Positions 61,363 to 64,000 of a stretch of 64,000 nucleotides of DNA are shown here, piece by piece. The notes below the pieces were generated by a model that was given only the letters and a program-made list of their open reading frames with translations, was not told the DNA's origin and made no database searches. Source of the stretch: Eledone cirrhosa (lineage: Eukaryota). The DNA lies in NCBI GenBank assembly GCA_964016885.1, contig OZ024752.1, forward strand, positions 9,796,001-9,860,000. The letters run 5' to 3'. The stretch's first letter is position 1. The number at the start of each line of letters is the position of its first letter. The translations under genes and the position numbers were made by a program.

Positions 61363-61438
61363 GGCATGTGAACAGAACTGCAGACACTAATGTTTCTGGG
61401 TATCACCCTTCATCAGTACAGCTCACTGTTCACCTGCC
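61363..61438 (-). ncRNA. Canonical type I hammerhead ribozyme (family G), best-preserved copy
   Basis: ggcaggtgaacag-t-gagctgta-CTGATGA-aGGGTgatACCCa-GAAA-ca ttag tg-TC-tgcagttc-tgttcacatgcc. Confidence 0.88.
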
Positions 61439-61859
61439 AAACTCTCAAAGCTAGTGAAAATATATGCTATTTTCAAAAATACACAGTGAATTAAAAAATG
61501 AGTAGTCTTTCCAAGGATGTAGTTCACGTTATTTAATAAATTCGAATCTGACGTGAATAAATGATGAATTTATATCGTATCTACGACAAGAGTGGTTTGC
61601 TTAGAGTGGAATGCCAGATAATTTATAACATTTTCTCTATTTAAATAGGTAAGAATTTACCAGAAGGTTACATATCTTCACTGAAATTTGATTTCTCTTG
61701 TTAGCTATATAGATTGCAGGTGACACATTTTTCTTTGGTAACTGCAGTTCCACCATAACAGAGATCATAGCTGCGATACTATGAAGATAGAATGTCTCAG
61801 GAATGAATCGCCGGACACATTTTACTGGCAGAAACAAATGGGGGAGGGGGGGGGGGGGT

Positions 61860-62027
61860 TAGACTCGAGTTAGTGGTCGGATAACATCCAAGAGTTTGGC
61901 TGGTCTCGCTTGGGAATCCAACTGAATCAGTTGGAGACGATGGCTTCTGACAGGCCCCTCTGGAAGGAGTGTTTGAGGACTATGCCTCTATGAGCATTTC
62001 AGGAATAAGTGGGCAAAGAAGAAGAAT
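61860..62027 (+). mobile_element. RTE 3' end with GAA tail (family of 16.7 kb)
   Basis: Reads DNIQEFGWSRLGIQLNQLETMASDRPLW, then aataagtgggcaaagaagaagaa. Confidence 0.75.
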
Positions 62028-63148
62028 AATTGTACATTTCAATCCTTAATGTGTAGCTTTGTTCTACAGGCGTGGTTTGTAAATTTGTTAAGAAAAGTAA
62101 TGCATTACCAGAATAGTTATTCATTTTTGTAGTATTCGCCACTTTTTTAGCACCCCAATAGCTACATAAGGATGAATGACTTGGTTTAGAATTTACTTGT
62201 CGAAAGTGTATCCGGTACAGATGCTGCAACTTATGAATAAATGACAAATTAATCCTCGCTTGTGTATCTGGTCGAGTGGCCGTTTAATCAGCCGCTCATT
62301 AAGCCACTGAAGAAAACTATCAATCGTCAGGACAATATTAATCTATTAAAGATTTAGCTATGATACTTACTGAGATGGTGGTATATGGGAATTCCTGTGT
62401 GTGAGCTCTCAGAACACAATCCTTAGCATACAGTAGATACATGACTAATTATCTAATTATCGTGATGATCAGCATGTTTCCAATGATGAAACGTTTCCCG
62501 CTCTGTCGCGAGCCCACTCTAGTCTCTTAATATGGATGGGAAGATATTAGACAGTAGAGCAGATGGCATGCAAGTTTTCCTGATAGTAATATATAAGAGG
62601 GCGTGGCCAGACATCTGCTCTTAAATAACAACCCTTCGCAAACAATTAGCGCTGGAAAGAAGGAGCATCTTCTTTTCCTAGATTAGTTATCATAGGCTTA
62701 TGGAGCTGAAGAAGAACATTCTGCTTCCTACTGCATATATAAGGGAAAGAACGTCGGATTGACTTGGCTCCATGAGACTAGACAAGCAGGTGATAGTGTA
62801 AGAAACATGGAGAGAATGGAAGAGAGGGCAACAGAGAAAGAGTTGTGCAAACCGTAAGGCGGGAAACTGCACTACTAGCAAGCTGACTGTCGAGGTAAAG
62901 ATGCAGATATCTCTTCGGGTTATGTACAATTGTGCATTTTCTGAAGATGCTACATATATTGATATCCTCGCTAATATAAATTTATATATATATATGAGTC
63001 CCGGGTTCAATCGGGGGTAAACCCAGGAAGTATGGTACTCAATTCATTAGTAGAGTGTGTACAACTAGACCTGTAGAAAACATTTTTTATTAAATTTGTT
63101 TTATATATTTATATATACATTAGTAAAGTGATATGGATTAGTCGTTTG

Positions 63149-63180
63149 AATTGCAATCGAGAAACCTCTCGATTGCAATT
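63149..63180. repeat. Perfect 14-bp hairpin
   Basis: aattgcaatcgaga-aacc-tctcgattgcaatt. Confidence 0.85.
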
Positions 63181-63409
63181 GTGAATAAACCATAAGAAGA
63201 TGGATGTGAAAGAGAGAATGTAATAAATAATCTACGTGGAACTCACAAATATCCAGTAGAGTGTGTATGATAAATTACATTGTGTAAAACAAAACCTTGC
63301 CACTGTAACAATGTATTTTCAGACTCACTAGACAAGTCATTCAGTAAACTATATTCATGGAACACTTATTATACACTTATACAGAAAATAATAATTACAA
63401 ACTAAATAT

Positions 63410-64000
63410 TATGCTATGTGTCAACGACAAACAGAAAATGGATGCATAAAACTAAACCATAGATAATTTAAAGAGAGATATTTCAAGTGGATTCCTGTTT
63501 GAGATTCTAAACTGGAATTCAGTGGGCTATAAATGTTATAGCAAGAAAAGTATCCCTCTCCTGTATATGGACGATATTAAGCTATAAGCTGCAGATGAGA
63601 AACGGACAGATACACAAATGCAGACACTACATGAATTCACAAAATGTATATACATGAAATTTGGACAGGAAAAGTGGGTCGAGGCAAATCTGAAGAGAGT
63701 AAATCTAGAGAGAATTTCTAATATCGTGCTAGGTAAAGTAACTTATATAAGATAATTAGATGGAAGAATAGCAAATAAATACTTAGGAATCAAGGAAGTA
63801 GACATGTTTCAATACACACAAATGGGAAGATTAGGCAGGAATACTATAAACTTATTAGTTTAAGCCAAGAACAACCATAATAAGTTAATAGTGATGAATA
63901 CTCTAGCGACTCCAGTCTCAACATTCGGAACTGGACAATAAAATATCAAGGAAGAGTAGGCAGAAGAAAACCAAGAAAATTTCACACCACGTGTTAGACA
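63410..64000 (+). mobile_element. R4/Dong-like non-LTR retrotransposon RT remnant
   Basis: Reads LLYMDDIKL*A...F...IYMKFGQEK...KYLGI...NKLIVMNTLATPV, with stops and frameshifts. Confidence 0.75.

Noticed and set aside
62556-62622. TATA-like and GC-box-like motifs between short inverted repeats (agagcagatg/catctgctct)
   Set aside because: No associated gene, and short motifs are expected by chance.

Overview
AT-rich, repeat-dominated animal genomic DNA. The SINE families, (TA)n load and LINE mix suggest an octopus or other coleoid cephalopod, but this is inference only. I found no intact protein-coding gene, and nearly all ORFs in the track are microsatellite artefacts. Recognisable content: about 35 copies or fragments of one tRNA-derived SINE family plus a second SINE family; decayed RTE, CRE-like, R4/Dong-like and Penelope-like (PLE) retroelement fragments; small hAT, Tc1/mariner and Helitron-like elements; an ~11 kb (TA)n-based satellite block with a 200-N gap; and several local inverted duplications. 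The main hidden signal is a dense set of type I hammerhead ribozyme (HHR) motifs, about a dozen complete or near-complete, from at least 8 sequence families. They include a canonical long-stem-I HHR in a ~200 bp non-coding element (26.5 kb and 61.4 kb), HHRs with very long stem II, a back-to-back HHR pair, and foldback palindromes whose axis lies in HHR stem II. A very degenerate minus-strand ionotropic-receptor-like pseudogene (6-19 kb) is a low-confidence possibility. All structures were read by eye and are untested.
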